NCBI GenBank assembly: GCA_044892505.1
Contig: CM097883.1
Span: 198,896,001 to 198,960,000 of the forward strand
DNA: 64,000 nt
Reading direction: 5' to 3'
Source of the DNA: Schmidtea nova
Taxonomy: Eukaryota
Below, piece by piece: positions 30,540 to 44,268 of this stretch. The notes under the pieces were generated by a model. The model ran no database searches. It saw nothing but the letters and a program-made list of their open reading frames with translations, and was not told the origin of the DNA. How positions within the stretch are numbered: the first letter of the stretch is position 1; every line of letters begins with the position of its first letter. The position numbers and the translations under genes were made by a program.

Positions 30540-33027
30540 TGAAGCAATACAGAGGGATAGATTTAATTCTGTGATTGATGCAGTAGAAATTCAGGAAATT
30601 GAAAAAGAAAAAACCAAGTCAAATGATAAAGATGATAATATCTGAATTATGTTAAAAATAGGAGAAAGACTAGTCCAAGTTCGAGTCGTAGTTTTGACAA
30701 CAAATATAGTTTTAATAGTTTGAGAGGCAGATCGAATAATCGAAATAATGATCGTTCGGAATTTAATTATATAAATACTTATGTGGGGAATTATAGAGAT
30801 AATTATAATAATTGAGATAGTAAGGGTCGAGTAAATTTTAATAAAGATGGTCGTTTTGGAAATAATGGGTACAATAAAAATAATCGTTTTAATTATAATC
30901 CAAGCAACAAGGGTAATTATTTCGAATATACTCGAACAAATCGATTTAACGAAAATAGAAATAGTGATAATAGAAACAATTTTAGACGAAGGAGAATGAG
31001 TCCCACTCGACAAAATTTCAATAGAGATAGACGACCGAGTCCGTTTAGTAATGATGGGAGAGATAAAGTTAATTTTCGCGGAGAAATATGATGCTTCAAC
31101 TGTCAGAAATATGGCAAAAGCATGTAAAAATGCACGAGTCGAATCTCTGAATAGAGTTCAATTTAAGAAAGAGCCTGAAATTAAAGAAATAAATAGTATG
31201 GGGGTCAAAGAATCGAATAATGAAATTGAGATGCTGAGAGACGAATTACAAGAATTTAAATCAAAATATGAGAGATTAATCGAAAGGAATAAAATTAATG
31301 TTTCGATAAATGAATTCAAAACTTTTACAAATGAAGTCAAGATAGATAATGAAGAGTTGAGACAGCAAAGAGAAAGAGATGAAGAGTTTTGAGCAGAATT
31401 AGATAGACAAAATATTTTGAGACAGGAATTAGAGGAATCTTTAAGAAATTATCTAGTAGATGATAATGAAGTGTTGAGAATATTAAAAAAAATTCATGTA
31501 GAAAGAATAAATCTGGAGAATCTGAGAAATTTGATGTCATTATTAGTAAGGAAACAAAGAGTAACACAATTATTTGAATTGGAAATTGAAATTAATGAGA
31601 TGTTGAAATGTTATAGCGATTACGTCCAAAAAATGAAAGATTACAGGAGCCACTAGAAATTACATTAGAAACAAATGATAAAGATACACCTAAAATAATT
31701 GTCCATAAACAAGAGGTACATGCGTGTACAAAGGTAAAAAAGATGAAACAAAAAGTCAAAGCAAATTGGTATGCCGACTAGGAATAAAGGATGAGATAAT
31801 ATTATATTTTTCTGGGATGAAGATGCAAAACGAAAATTTTTAATAGATTATGAGATAAACGCTAGTGAAAATTACGTCATAACAGTCTCAATAAAAAGAG
31901 GTTTAGAAGTAGTCAACAAGAAAATTTAAAAATTAGGCCTAGACGAAGAAGATAATACAGAGACCGCAAGAGGAGCTATAGGAGGTATAATGACCGTTAC
32001 GTTGGAGGAAAAGAAACTCCCAAAATCAAAGAATAGTAGCATTTCTGAGAAACTGAAAGAAATTGCAAACAAAACGTCAATGAAAGATAAGGACGTTGAT
32101 GTGCTAATAGAGTTAATAAAAATCATGCATCCTAAATTATATGAACACACAAAATCTCCATCATTTATTGTTAATATATATAAAAAATTGAAGTTATAGA
32201 GTCAGAGATTAAAGAATTAATAAAACAAGAAGCGGATGAAGACGAAGTTTTAGATATCTTATTTACTACTGGAATTGAGGTAATAGAATTATAACAGCAA
32301 TTGCGTATCTCATTTATAGATCATATGATGTTCTGAAGATGAAACCAAAGAAATTGAGTAAAATTGCTAAAAGGATACTTACAAAGTTACAAAATAATGG
32401 GATACCTTGGATAAACGCAAATGGAGGATGGGAAATCTTAAGTGATAAAAATGAATCAGTGGAAATAAATGCAGAGCAACAATGTATTTATGGCAAAGAA
32501 ATTGAAAGAAACCTGAAGAAAATGATAAATAAAACGATGGAAAAATCAGAGAAAAGTGATCATAAATCATTAATGTCTACAATAATAATGAAGATAGCAA
32601 TATTAATAAGTATAATAAGAAGATGTACGAACATGATAGTAAATGAATCTAAGAACCTTCATTATCCTCAACAAAAATCGTTGTATAAGAGATGGCTATT
32701 TTGTACTATAATGTTTAGCACATTATTATTACAAATAATAATTATTTGGATGAGTACGCAAGCCTATAGAAAATACACGTGGAAGAGACAGCGTTATTGT
32801 AGTCATCTCGTCCAATACGTCCCAATGGGATATACATTATCTATCGTGTGTTAAATTAAAATACCCAATCATAAACGGTCTATTATCTTATCCAATAATA
32901 TTTAAAAAATTATTTTACCTAATAGAAACTGATCAAATTTTACTATCTAAATGTCCAATAATTTACAAAAATCACCCATATCTAAATAGATATTATATTG
33001 CAAATAAGGGTAATCTCTATCTTTGCA

Positions 33028-33114
<87 letters not shown>

Positions 33115-34737
33115 TTTTAATTATTTTTTTTTAGAAAAATTAATTCAGAAGAGCCATCAACTTCGAACCCAACCAATCCAAAACCAATCAAATACACACA
33201 AACATACACATGCAAAACATACAAACACCCACTAACATTCTACAAGGCATTGCAAAACAACATAAAAACAGATGGAGAAGAACTCACAATCAGAAAATAC
33301 CCACATCAAGTATGTATACCCAACGAGTTCAAAGTAGACACAGAAGAAAGAGAGATGTACCTAGGTAAGTTCAACATAGCAAAGAGAACAAAACTGAGAG
33401 ACATTATAGGTTATTTTGAGCCAACTCAGAATGTAGATAAGGATACTAAAGAAGACAAAAGAATCCCACATAGGATAGTGATACACGCCACAAAAACAGA
33501 ACTCATATTAAAATTCAAAGAAACAACGTTAGGCAGCATAAGTAAAGCAACAGCGATATTTAAGACAATAAAAGACAGAAAAATGGCGAATGATTTTAAT
33601 AACATCCCGATACAAATTCATAATATACCTTGCGTAATGGCTATAGAAATCCTATATGTTCCAAAAATAAACAATCCTTTTGAAAAGTGAGAAATAATTA
33701 TGGCTGAGATCAGGATGAATGAAGATTTTATAGAAAACAGAACACCATTCACAAAGAAATTATTGACGATCGAGAAAAGAAGAGAGAGAATAGTTTTTAT
33801 GGATGTAAAAAAAAGTAAAAGAGTGTAATCATCAAATAAAACCCATATATATTTATATCAGAAAATATAATGGAGACTGTCTATTCAAAACGAAAATTAC
33901 CCCAAGGACCAAATTACAAATGGACAAAATAGATAAAGATTTAATATTGGGGTATATGGATGAATTCGAAGCACTAATAGAAATAAAAAACATTTATACA
34001 ACAGGATAATTATTGGGTTTGACATTATGGTAAAATGAAGAAGTATATACATTAGTTTAGATGATGTTTTCGGAATAAGAGAAAAGTCAAATACTTTTTA
34101 TACGAAAGCTTTTGCGAAGAATGTCCCGGAAGATAAGATCAAATTATCTAATCTTGCTTTCCAGATCATCAAACTTAAAAGTGATTTACGAAGAAATAAG
34201 AGACTTAATGACATTCTACTCAAACCAGAGCCATTTAGCGTATAGGACACTTGTATGATAGTCAGGATTCTATACATAATAACCGAAAACGACTAGGAAG
34301 ACCACATTGGGCAGCAAATGAAAGAAATAACTAGTAAATCCAGAAATGAGAATATTAATAACCAAATGAATCAAACAAAGGATGACGACGAAGTACAATT
34401 CATCAAATAAGAGCGACCAAATATTGAACTTATGGACACAATCGAAGGTGAACTATGACCAGAGCCAATGATCACCATAGAAGACAAACAAAAGGAAGAA
34501 TACATTACAATAATATATAATGAAAATATTAAAAAAATCACAGTAACAAAAGACGGAGAAGAAATAGAAATATACTTTGTTGAAAAAGGTTATGAGGACA
34601 TAACCTTAACGCCGCATGGAGTAATGTTAGAAAATGGGCGTAGAATAGGGGTTTTAGAATTAAAATATTATACAGTGGGAAATAGAAGGTACAGAATAAA
34701 TATACATGTGAATCGGATGGCAATGACAATTCAATAA
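30540..34737 (+). pseudogene. Train of broken + strand ORFs: R/N/S-rich segment, coiled-coil segment, and unknown ORFs (31990-32199, 32339-32854, 33250-33690, 34468-34737)
   Basis: Strong purine bias and long frames interrupted by single stops or frameshifts; no RT, integrase or protease motif found. Confidence 0.6.
33031..33112. repeat. (AT)n microsatellite
   Basis: Pure AT run seen directly. Confidence 0.98.
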
Positions 34738-35496
34738 TCAATGGAAAATATCAACTTCAATGACATTATGATTTTATAGGATGATAATTTACTGTTGATC
34801 TTATTTGATTTTTGTTTTGTAATGATAATTATATATTGTATAATCATGACAATTGTGTGATTAAACTGTGACTATCTGACAATTTTTTATGGGATAATTT
34901 TATTTTGTTACTGTTAATAAAATATTGTTGACAATTAATTTTTGTAATGACAATTTATAAGCATGAAATTTATCATTTGTGATCTTGCAAACATATATTG
35001 ACATTTTTTATGGTGATGGACAAAATTTGATATAATTTTGAAAGAATATTTTGTTTTGAAAATATTTTATGTAAACTAATTTTTTTAACTATTTGGAAAA
35101 TGTATTATATTTTCATTTATATTTTAATATTNNNNNNNNNNNNNNNNNNNNNNNNNNNNNNNNNNNNNNNNNNNNNNNNNNNNNNNNNNNNNNNNNNNNN
35201 NNNNNNNNNNNNNNNNNNNNNNNNNNNNNNNNNNNNNNNNNNNNNNNNNNNNNNNNNNNNNNNNNGTAAATTATATTTTTGACCTACAAAGGTCAGCAAA
35301 ATGAAATAATATTCCAAAGTTAAAAAATAATTTTGAAAACAATTCTATTTTCAAAACAATTTCAATCAACTCAAGAGGCAAAATAACAATCATTATTGAC
35401 AGATTAAGTGCCTTAAAATTAAGTATATAAACTGACTGATTTTTCAGTCAAATCACCCATAAAATCTTTGCGTAAGAAGAATTTCATAATTGTTAT
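34634..35496 (+). repeat. Long direct repeat, copy 2 (contains an N gap)
   Basis: Second copy of 29693-30522; begins inside ORF 34468-34737. Confidence 0.95.
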
Positions 35497-37250
35497 TGAC
35501 TATTGAAATAATAATTTCGAGCATACAAGATATCGAGCTCAGAAGGCATTCACACATACACACATATATATATACACACACACACATATATATACATTAA
35601 AGGAACAACATCGTGAATCTGTAATATTTTTTTAGGTAATTTGTATTTGTTGTATTTGAATAAAATCTTTTAACCAGTGTTATCTTATTTATTTATATAA
35701 GATACCAAGTTGAGATTCTGGGAGCTTCAACAAATACTATTCCTGGTACATTGGATATCAGATCACTTGAATATACAAGGTCTTACAGATAATCTGTAAC
35801 TTGCAAACATGGCATATGATTTTAAAATTCGCCTTTGCGCACTAAAAGTGTTCAACAGAAACTTTTTGCAAGCGCACCTGACTGCCTTAGCTTTATTATT
35901 TCAATCACTTGAAATATTTTTTTGAAAAACATTTGTCGGATGACTTTTTTCTTTTTAACAAGTAAAGCTTTGTGATACTCAGTGCAAAAATCCCGAGTAT
36001 GTTATATTCATGTTCTTAACGCGTAAACTCGATGCGTTTTTGTTCATTTTAATTTTTAAACGTCTTTTATTTTATATTTTCTGTGTTATGTGATTAATGT
36101 TTTTACTTGGTGTTTTAGCTCATAGAATTTTAAATTTATTTCTTGCGCACTCTCTACATGCTTGTTACCGCTTCATTTAAACAAATCTCAGTTTTTACCC
36201 AATACGATCAATATATTCAATTACACACACATTTACAGATTTTACAATTTTACCATATTTTTCTTTCAATTTATCGTTTATATTTTTGGGAAATGCCGGA
36301 GTGCGCAGTTTTACATAAGTATTTGCTGGATTTCTGACCATGTTTTATTGAGAAGTTTCGTGTGTGTTTTTTCTTTACAGATTTGCTCATTTTGAAATTG
36401 TGAGAAATGATATTTTTTGCTTAAGAATTTTCCTGTGTGTAAGTGTTTTTTTGGATTTTGAATATTACATTTAAAAATTTTATTTGAAAATGTATGAGTG
36501 TTTTTTCTGAGAGTCAAGACTTTAACTGGTTAGTTTTACCGTGTTTATGTTTTTAACTTGCGAATATTATATTTGTGAGAGTTCACCATTTTTAAGTGGG
36601 AATTTGAAGGAAGAGAGTTTTTTACATTGGCGAACATTTTTACATAATAATTTATTGAAATAAATTTTACATGTAAAATTATAAGTTTTTTATAAAAAAA
36701 TTTGAAAACATTAAATTTAATTAAAATTTTAAATATTACAGTCACATACATCAGCGAATACTATAATAGAATTATTACGTAATTGACTATATCATATGTT
36801 GTAATTTAAGAATATTATGTCATCGATGGGTGTAATAACATGTTTCCGACTACAACATATCACAGTGTTGTGTATTAAAATGTTAGGAGTCTTCTTATAA
36901 TTATTGTATAATTTAAACAGTTTAGGGATAATTGACTTGTAAGGTCCTAATTTCTCAATAAATTCACTTCATAATAAATTCAACTATTTTAAAAATCAAT
37001 TTAAACTCTTTTATAATTATAGAAATTTAATTTTATCCCAATGAATATTAGAGACTTAATTATTTTAAGTACATCCACAAGCATCAGGCAAGGTTATGGG
37101 GAAATCTCTAAACAAAAGAAAGATAATTTAATTAGTTTAGTCATTGAGGATGGATTAGCAATTGTCACTTCTGGTGCTCAATTACGAATATTAGGATTTT
37201 CATCCTTTAAAACATTAGAATCAGTTTTACAACAATTTAAATCCATAACT

Positions 37251-39902
37251 TTTATTTCAAGAAAAATATATAATCAAAATAATTTGATATTTAAACAAAT
37301 TTCCAAAAATATTTTTCTAATTAAAAATATTTTTATATTTTAAAAATCAATCTTAAAATTAATTTTTAAAATTTAAAAATTTCTTAAATATTCCAACTTC
37401 CTCATATCCTTCTTCTTAAAAAATTTTTAAGTTTTTCCACATTTCTTTCGATCATTTTACCATTTTCATTTCTTAAGATGTATCGTCTGTCATGCACTTT
37501 CTCGATCACTTTGTATGGACCTTCATATCTGTCCTGGCTTTTCTTGCGTGTTTCTAATTTTACTAACACTTCTTCTCCTACATTGAATTTTCTCCTTGTT
37601 TGTTCTTCTAGTTCTTCCTTTACCGGTATTTCTTTGGACCCGTACCATTTTTCCCTGCTAATATTTTTTCCAAAAACTATCTCTGTCGGGCTTTTCCCTG
37701 TCGTTTTTTGTTTGGTTGCATTTAATGTGAATTCGACTTCTGGTAATATCTCTGCGAAGTCCGTCTTCCTTTTATCCTGTAGAGTAGCATTTATCAGCTC
37801 TCGTATTGTCCTGAATTGTCTTTCTATCTGACCGTTTGTTTGGTGATGGTATGGACTCGAAAAACATAATTTAATATCAAGCATCTTTGTGAATTCTCTC
37901 ATCATTCCTGATTCAAACGCCTTTCCGCAATCAACACTTATCTCCTTTGGGGATCCAAATCTTAAAATCCACTTTTCTAAAATCGATTTCTTTATTGTTT
38001 CTTCGTCTTGTTTTGTTATCGCTGTCAAGACTTGATACTTATTATACTGGTCTATTATACCCAATATATACTTCTTACGTCCTTTTGTTTCTTTCAACTG
38101 TCCACATATATCCACGAATATAATTTCGAACATTTCATTTGATTCTTGTTTCTTTACTGGTTCTTTTGTTGTTATTGTTATAGCCTTGGTTTTTTGACAA
38201 ATCTCACAACTTCGAAAAATTTCCTGAATCTGACTCCACAGGTGTTTTCCAACATATCTATCTTTCATATAATATACTATCTTCTCGACTCCCGCATGAC
38301 ACAATAGTCTATATATTTCCTTTATTGTTTCTTGTAACTCATTTTCAGGTATCATCGTTTTCTTTCATACTTCTTCTACAATTCCATGTTGGTTGTTGCT
38401 TCTCCCTTCTTCTCTGATCAAGTCTAGTAATCTGGTTTTTATCTTTCCTTTCTTAGCTTCTTCGTGAGCCATTTGACACTGAACACATGTGTCACATTTA
38501 GTTCTCGACACCATGTCTGCATTTTGGTGATTAATACCCTTTCTGTATTCTACGCTTATATCTAAACTGCTCAAATAATTGATCCATGTTTGGAATTGTG
38601 AAGTAATCGGCTTTTTGGTTGTCATCATAAACGTGATTGCCTTGTGGTCTGTCCTGAGTGTGAATCTTCTTCAGTAGAGATAGTGCTTAAAATGAATGCA
38701 AAAATAATATACCGCCAATAGTTCCTTTCTTGTAATACAATATCCTTTCTCATGGCTCGTCATCGAGTGTGATCCATACGCAATTACTCTTTCCTTTCCA
38801 TCTTTATCTTTTTGTGAAAGTACTGCTCCGATGGTATCAAAACTAGAGTCAGTATCTAAAATGAACTCCTTTTTCAGATCCAGAAAACACAAGATTGGCG
38901 CCGTCGTTAGTGCTAATTTCAATCCCTCAAACACGCTATTCGTTCCTTCAGTCCATTCTAATTTTTGTTACTCGGTCCGCTACATAATTGTTCTAACACT
39001 GATGAATCTTCTATAATAATTGCAAATACCTAAAAAGCTTCGGAGTTTCTTTACACAATTTGGCTTCCCAAAGTTTTGTATGGCCTAAATCTTAGATGGA
39101 TCTGTCTGTACTCCTTCCTTGCTGATTATGTGTCCTAAGAATCTGATTTCTTTCTTTATTATTTGACACTTTTCTGGATTAATCCTTAGTCCTGCTTCCT
39201 CAATCGCCTTTAACACTTCTCCGAGTATTATATAGTGTTTCTCTTTACTGCTTGAATAAATCAAGATGTCGTCCAAATACAGCATTGCTCCCTTTATTTT
39301 GCCTAATACTTTTGCCATCATTTTTGGAACGTACCTGGTGCTGCTGCAATTCCAAACGGCATTCTGTTGAAACAGTATTGTCCGTTCTTTGTTGAGAAGG
39401 CTGTTTTCTCTTGTGATTCTTCTTCTAATTCCACTTGGTAATATGCATTACCTAGATCGATTGATCTGAAAAAGACGGATCCTCCTAACAACTCCAACAT
39501 CTCGTCTATGTTTGGCATCAGGAATGCCTGCCTCTCTGTTACCGCCCTCAGCTGTCTGAAATTCAAGCATAGTCTAATATCCTTTTTCTCTTTTTTCCAT
39601 ACACATATTAATGGCGTGTTCCATGGAGAGTTACATTTCCGTATAATCCCATTTTCGTACAAATTTTGTATTGCTTCTTCAATCTTTAATTCCAAATTTA
39701 ATGGTTGGCGATATGGTTTTATGTTTTTTTATGTTTTTTTATGTATTTCAGAAAAAATATATAATCAAAATAATTTGATATTTAAACAAATTTCCAAAAA
39801 TATTTTTCTAATTAAAAATATTTTTATATTTTAAAAATCAATCTTAAAATTAATTTTTAAAATTTAAAATTTAAAAATTTCTTAAATCTTACAACTTCCT
39901 CA
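37251..39902 (-). mobile_element. Ty3/gypsy element lacking PBS, gag and protease: LTR-RT-RNaseH-integrase-LTR
   Basis: Near-identical LTRs 39742-39902 (TG...CA) and 37251-37404 (TG...AA); TAAC(T/G) target duplication at 37246-50 and 39903-07; RT motifs (LCLNFRQL, YLDDILIYS), RNase H (FILDTDSS, YCITRKELLAV, TDHKAI), PPT aagaagaagga. Confidence 0.92.
37402..38355 (-). CDS. Gypsy integrase, uninterrupted 317-aa frame
   Basis: H-x-H/C-x2-C zinc finger (LCHAG...CEICQK), rve core (VDICG, VDCGKAF, NGQIERQFRT), C-terminal FNVGEEVLVK...YEGPYKV; stop TGA coincides with the first bases of the 3' LTR. Confidence 0.9.
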   Translation of the reverse strand: MIPENELQETIKEIYRLLCHAGVEKIVYYMKDRYVGKHLWSQIQEIFRSCEICQKTKAITITTKEPVKKQESNEMFEIIFVDICGQLKETKGRKKYILGIIDQYNKYQVLTAITKQDEETIKKSILEKWILRFGSPKEISVDCGKAFESGMMREFTKMLDIKLCFSSPYHHQTNGQIERQFRTIRELINATLQDKRKTDFAEILPEVEFTLNATKQKTTGKSPTEIVFGKNISREKWYGSKEIPVKEELEEQTRRKFNVGEEVLVKLETRKKSQDRYEGPYKVIEKVHDRRYILRNENGKMIERNVEKLKNFLRRRI

Positions 39903-41073
39903 TAACGAATAAAGGAAAGATCGGCTAGATGCATTATTGGAACGCACAAAGAAGCCAGAATCTTGCCAATTACCAATCAGGAACAAGAGCCTGCAAAGAG
40001 AAAGGGGCTTGTTAACAAAATCAATGATCAAAGTCTGTTGTACATTGGAAGTCTGATTTCTCAATGTACAACAAGAACACTGAAAGATATCCAAATAAAA
40101 ATCTCTGAGAATTAGAATAAGAGTTACCGCATCGACAGTACACAATGCGATTTGCCAAATGCAAATCACGTGTAAGTCGCTATCAAGGATGAAAGATCAA
40201 GTAAACTCAATCGAAACCATAGAAAAGCGAAGAGTTTATGCTACTAATTATACAATGAATGCACCAACAGAAACATCAAAACAAATATTTAGTGACGAAT
40301 CAGGCTTTAAAATTCATCTAATAAGATCATTTGGAAGATCAAGAAAGGAACAAAGGCTTTCTCCATAGTTCCTGTAATAAGGGGAAGAAATATCACCTTG
40401 ATAGTTGCTTGTAATAGCAGAAGAGTGATCCATTATAAGATAATCAGAGATTCTTCTTGCAATTGCTTAAGTTTTGCTGATTTCATCAGAGAATTATTGA
40501 TTTGCATTGATCTTTGCATGGATCTTGGTTTATTTTGGATAACACCATAATACATAAAACTATTGATGTGAGAAGCCTGTTTGTGAATTTAGAAAGATAC
40601 TTGATGAATTTCTTTTTACCTTCTTCGTATATGCTCAATCCAATAGAGCAAGTCTTCTCTAAAATCAAGTTCGTTTTTAAAGGCAGACTCACTCATGACC
40701 AGTATAACAATACTCAAAGTTTTGTTTGGTTGATGAATATGGCGCTTGAAACTTTAACTTCTGAAGATCTGAACAACTATTTTGAACTCATGGTTCGAAA
40801 TATTTCACTGGCTTTAGTCAATCATGTTTTTGAATAAATACCTTATTTAATTTATTATTCTTTATCCTTTACTGATTACATCGTCAAAATAACATTAATT
40901 TAAAAATATTAATATCAATAATCAATAATATCAATAATTCCCATAATGGATGACTATAAATCAAAATTTCTTTAAATAAGTACGCAATATTTCGGTAAAG
41001 CCTTTATCAATACACTTTAATTATTAATACACACAAAAGCGTTTTCACTAGGCCATGTCCATAATGTTATGCG

Positions 41074-44000
41074 GTGTATCAGCATCTCAGCGATGAAGTC
41101 AGAGGAAGCTTCATCAAGACCGAAGCAGCAATGAAGATAGCCTTCTCTATTTCGATGTTTCTTGCCTTTGAGAAATTGAAGAGTCGATCAAGGAGCAACG
41201 AGCCTGTCGATGTTTATCTGGCCGAACTAACATCTCTGGGTAAGTTATCTGGAGTCAATGATGCTGTTATTAGATGTTCATTCGTTACTGGACTTCCAGC
41301 GTCTATATCACAGTCACTACAGGCTATTCCGAACATTGAAACAATGGCAATAGATGCTGTCGTACAGATAGCTCGAGCTATGTTAAGTAATGCAGTTTCT
41401 CAGCAAAGTTGTATGCTGGGAGTAAAAGAAAGAAGAATTGCCAATCCTAATGACCAAATGTGTTCGGTTTGCGGAAAGAAATGGCACAATGAAAATTCAT
41501 GTTTCAGAAAAAGCAAACAATGTTGGATATGTGGTGATAAAGCCCACATCGTGCGATCGTGCCCAAAGAAACAGACGGGAAACGCTATTGGAGTAGCACG
41601 TGCGCCAGTGTTCACTGCGGAAAATCAATAATGGCGCTGCAGACTGTCATTGTAACTGTCAACGGAAGGACTTCCGAAGCTTTAATAGATTCAGGTTGTA
41701 CCCAATCTATTATTTTGTTCTCGTTGGACAGCGGATCGTATGGAAAGAGCGAAAGTGTGCTGGTGGCTGATGGATCATTGGCCAGGAGTTTGGGAACCGT
41801 CGAGGTTAACATTGTTATTAGAAAGACAAGTCTGCGAGTGGTCTGCCTGGTGATGGAAAACCTTCCATGAGATTTTGGTGTAATTTTGGGAATGGATGTT
41901 ATAGGAATGCTCGGTGGGGTGAATATATCACGGCAAAGGGTATCGTTTCCTTTGGCAAGCGCCATGGGGAGAAAGTCCGATTTTCTGAGGGCAGACGAAC
42001 GACATACCAAGTCTCTGGAAATTAGAGATGAAGACTTTCAAGCCGATTTCCCTTCCGGCAATTGGACAGTGAGCTGAAAATGGAAAAATCAACCTCCTGA
42101 ACTTGGTAATACATGTCCCAACTATGGAATTAAACCAGAGCTACGCAATGGATTCGACGCAGAAATCACAGAATGGAATAGGAACAGCTGGTTAATGTCT
42201 TATGAAGGAAATTCTGATGGTATACTACCATTAATGGCAGTCTAACGTTCAGTGAATCAGTCTAACAAAGGAAAAATAAGACCAGTACTCTACTATCGTG
42301 AACTGAATAAATATGTAACGAGCCACACGGGTCAGAATGAAGCTTGCAACGAATCTTTATGGCGTTGGCGAAGATTCGAGGAGAAAGTCGAGATGCTCGA
42401 TCTGAGGAAAGCCTATCTACAAATACACGTAAATTCCGATCTGTGGGATTTTCAAAAAGTCAGGTTTAAAGGAAAGGTATATGCTTTGACGAGATTGGGT
42501 TTCGGCCTCAATGTAGCACCAAAAATAATGTCTGCCATAGAGGGAAGAGTGTTAGGATTACGCAAAGACATTAAAGAGGCAACCGACAGTTTAATTGACG
42601 ATATCATTGTAAACACGTCAAAAGTACAATTAGACGAAGTTGTGCGTCATCTGGCAAGATACGGGCTAGCAGTTAAAACTCCGGAAAAATTCGATACTTC
42701 TTAAGTTTTGGGATTACAGATCTCTAGAGGCTAGGAAGGCCGATTTTGGAGGAGAGGAAATGTAATCAATGAGATGGGACAATATGAAGCGATGACGAGG
42801 AGGGAGCTGTTTTCTTTGTGCGGTCAGCTGGTCGGTCACTACCCGGTTGCTGGCTGGTTGCGAATTGCATGTAGATATGTTTAGCGCCAGAGTACCGGTT
42901 CAACGTGGGAAGATACAATTAGAGATTATGCTTCCATGATAATAGCTGAAATTATTGAACTCGTTAAGAAAGATGAAAGAAAAAAAGTCATCGAGTAAAA
43001 ACTCACGGATCTTCCGAGATGCTAATTCGTGGGCGTCTACAAATTGTTCATGAACTTCAACTGGCATACAACTTAAAGATAGCCGTGGAGTTTGTCCCGA
43101 CCAAGGAAAACAAGGCCGACGTTTTTACTAGAGTTAAGAAAGCTTGGCTTACATGGGTTAAACAAGTAAGTTGTTTTACTATATCGATATCCGACAGAAT
43201 AAGGAAGTGCCACGAGGCGCATCACTTCGGAGTGGATCGAACTCTGTATTTCGTAAGGAAGTTGCTTCCTAACGTATCTCGTGGAGTGGTACAAGGTGTG
43301 ATATCAAACTGTATTAAGTGTCGAAAGATAGATCCGGCACCTGTAAAATGGAAACATTGAAATTTGGCGGTGAAGTGTAATTGGACCAGATTGGCGTTAG
43401 ACGTGACTCACTACCGGAATAAGCGTTATTTGACGTGTATCAACTGGGACCGAGTAGATTCGCAATATGGAGAGAGATTTGTAACTAGGATGCTGTGACC
43501 GTTACTAGAATCTGTGAACAAATATTCAGAGAACACGGACCTCCGTGCCAGTTGCTCATGGATAATGGCAGTTCATTTAGGTCTCGTCAATTAGAGGAAT
43601 TATGTGCAAAGTGGGGTGTTAGTCGTATTTTTCGATGCGCTTACCGACCATCGGGAAACGGAATTGTTGAGAGGAACCACAGGACCGTTAAGAGAATGGC
43701 GGCCCGGACGGAAGGGGACCCTCTTGACATGGTTTACTGGTTCAACATGAGCTCCAACAGTGACTTTAGAGCGCCTTCGCGACAACTATTTACATACGAA
43801 TGGAAGGATATGTAAGAAGTGGAAATCGTGAATGACGAAATTCTGAGTCGTTATGCTAGAGAAGACAAGGTATTCTGTAAGCAGCCGAATGCAAGATGTA
43901 CAAGTGTTTGGACGGAGGGTACCGTCTCAAACGTTCACTCGTCCATGAATATCGAGGTAGATGGTGTCCCCAGGTACATAGCTGAAATCAGACAGGTTGA

Positions 44001-44268
44001 GCCAACTGACACGACGGGAGAAGAGTGAACTATTGAAAATAATGGTCAACCTACGACTGAAGTGTCAACCGATAGGCAATAAAGAAACCGATACGTACCA
44101 GCGTACCAACAAGATTATATTCTCGGCGACGACACGCTTGACGATGATGTTGACATCACGGGGGAATGTGATAATTGATTATTATTTTTGTTTGAATAAT
44201 GGTAAAAACGTTTTTGCCATTTTTATGAATTTGTAATAAAGTCATCTTGTGCGTTCGACTTCAAATCA
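41074..44268 (+). mobile_element. 5'-truncated Ty3/gypsy retrotransposon (gag-pro-RT-RH-IN, many stops) with 3' LTR
   Basis: Two zinc knuckles (CSVCGKKWHNENSC, CWICGDKAHIVRSC), protease LIDSGC, RT (LDLRKAYLQ, RLGFGLNVAP, IDDIIV), RH (ENKADVFTR), integrase (HEAHHFG...CIKC, MDNGSSF, NGIVERNHRT); PPT ggggga then LTR TGTGATAA...AATCA 44167-44268. No matching 5' LTR. Confidence 0.92.

Larger units (their letters stand above)
26805..35496 (+). mobile_element. Copy A of an unclassified large (retro)element-like family with multi-ORF cargo
   Basis: Shares blocks with copy C (26805-26870, 27255-27369, 28800-28900) and a roughly 750-bp leader with copy B (28860-29605); contains + strand broken ORFs and an 830-bp direct repeat. 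Ends not defined. Confidence 0.6.
37041..41004 (+). mobile_element. IS630/Tc1-like transposase pseudogene split by a gypsy insertion (pieces 37041-37249 and 39903-40837)
   Basis: N-terminal HTH-like piece (ISKQKKDNLISLVIEDGL), then FSDESGF, RGRNITLIVAC, FILDNTIIH and LNPIEQVFSKIK after the insertion; terminus ...aaagcctt|TA at about 41004. Confidence 0.75.

Noticed and set aside
30591-31013. 140-aa Ile-rich minus-strand ORF and similar hydrophobic ORFs (e.g. 37478-37831, 58950-59186, 62982-63248)
   Set aside because: Antisense shadows of purine-rich coding strands or of low-complexity AT-rich DNA.
29693-35496. Calling the 830-bp repeats classical LTRs
   Set aside because: No TG...CA ends, PBS, PPT or TSD, and the repeat starts inside an ORF.
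41040-41060. CA-TGGCCTAGTG on the minus strand resembling an LTR end plus PBS
   Set aside because: Wrong orientation for the adjacent gypsy element and no LTR partner found.
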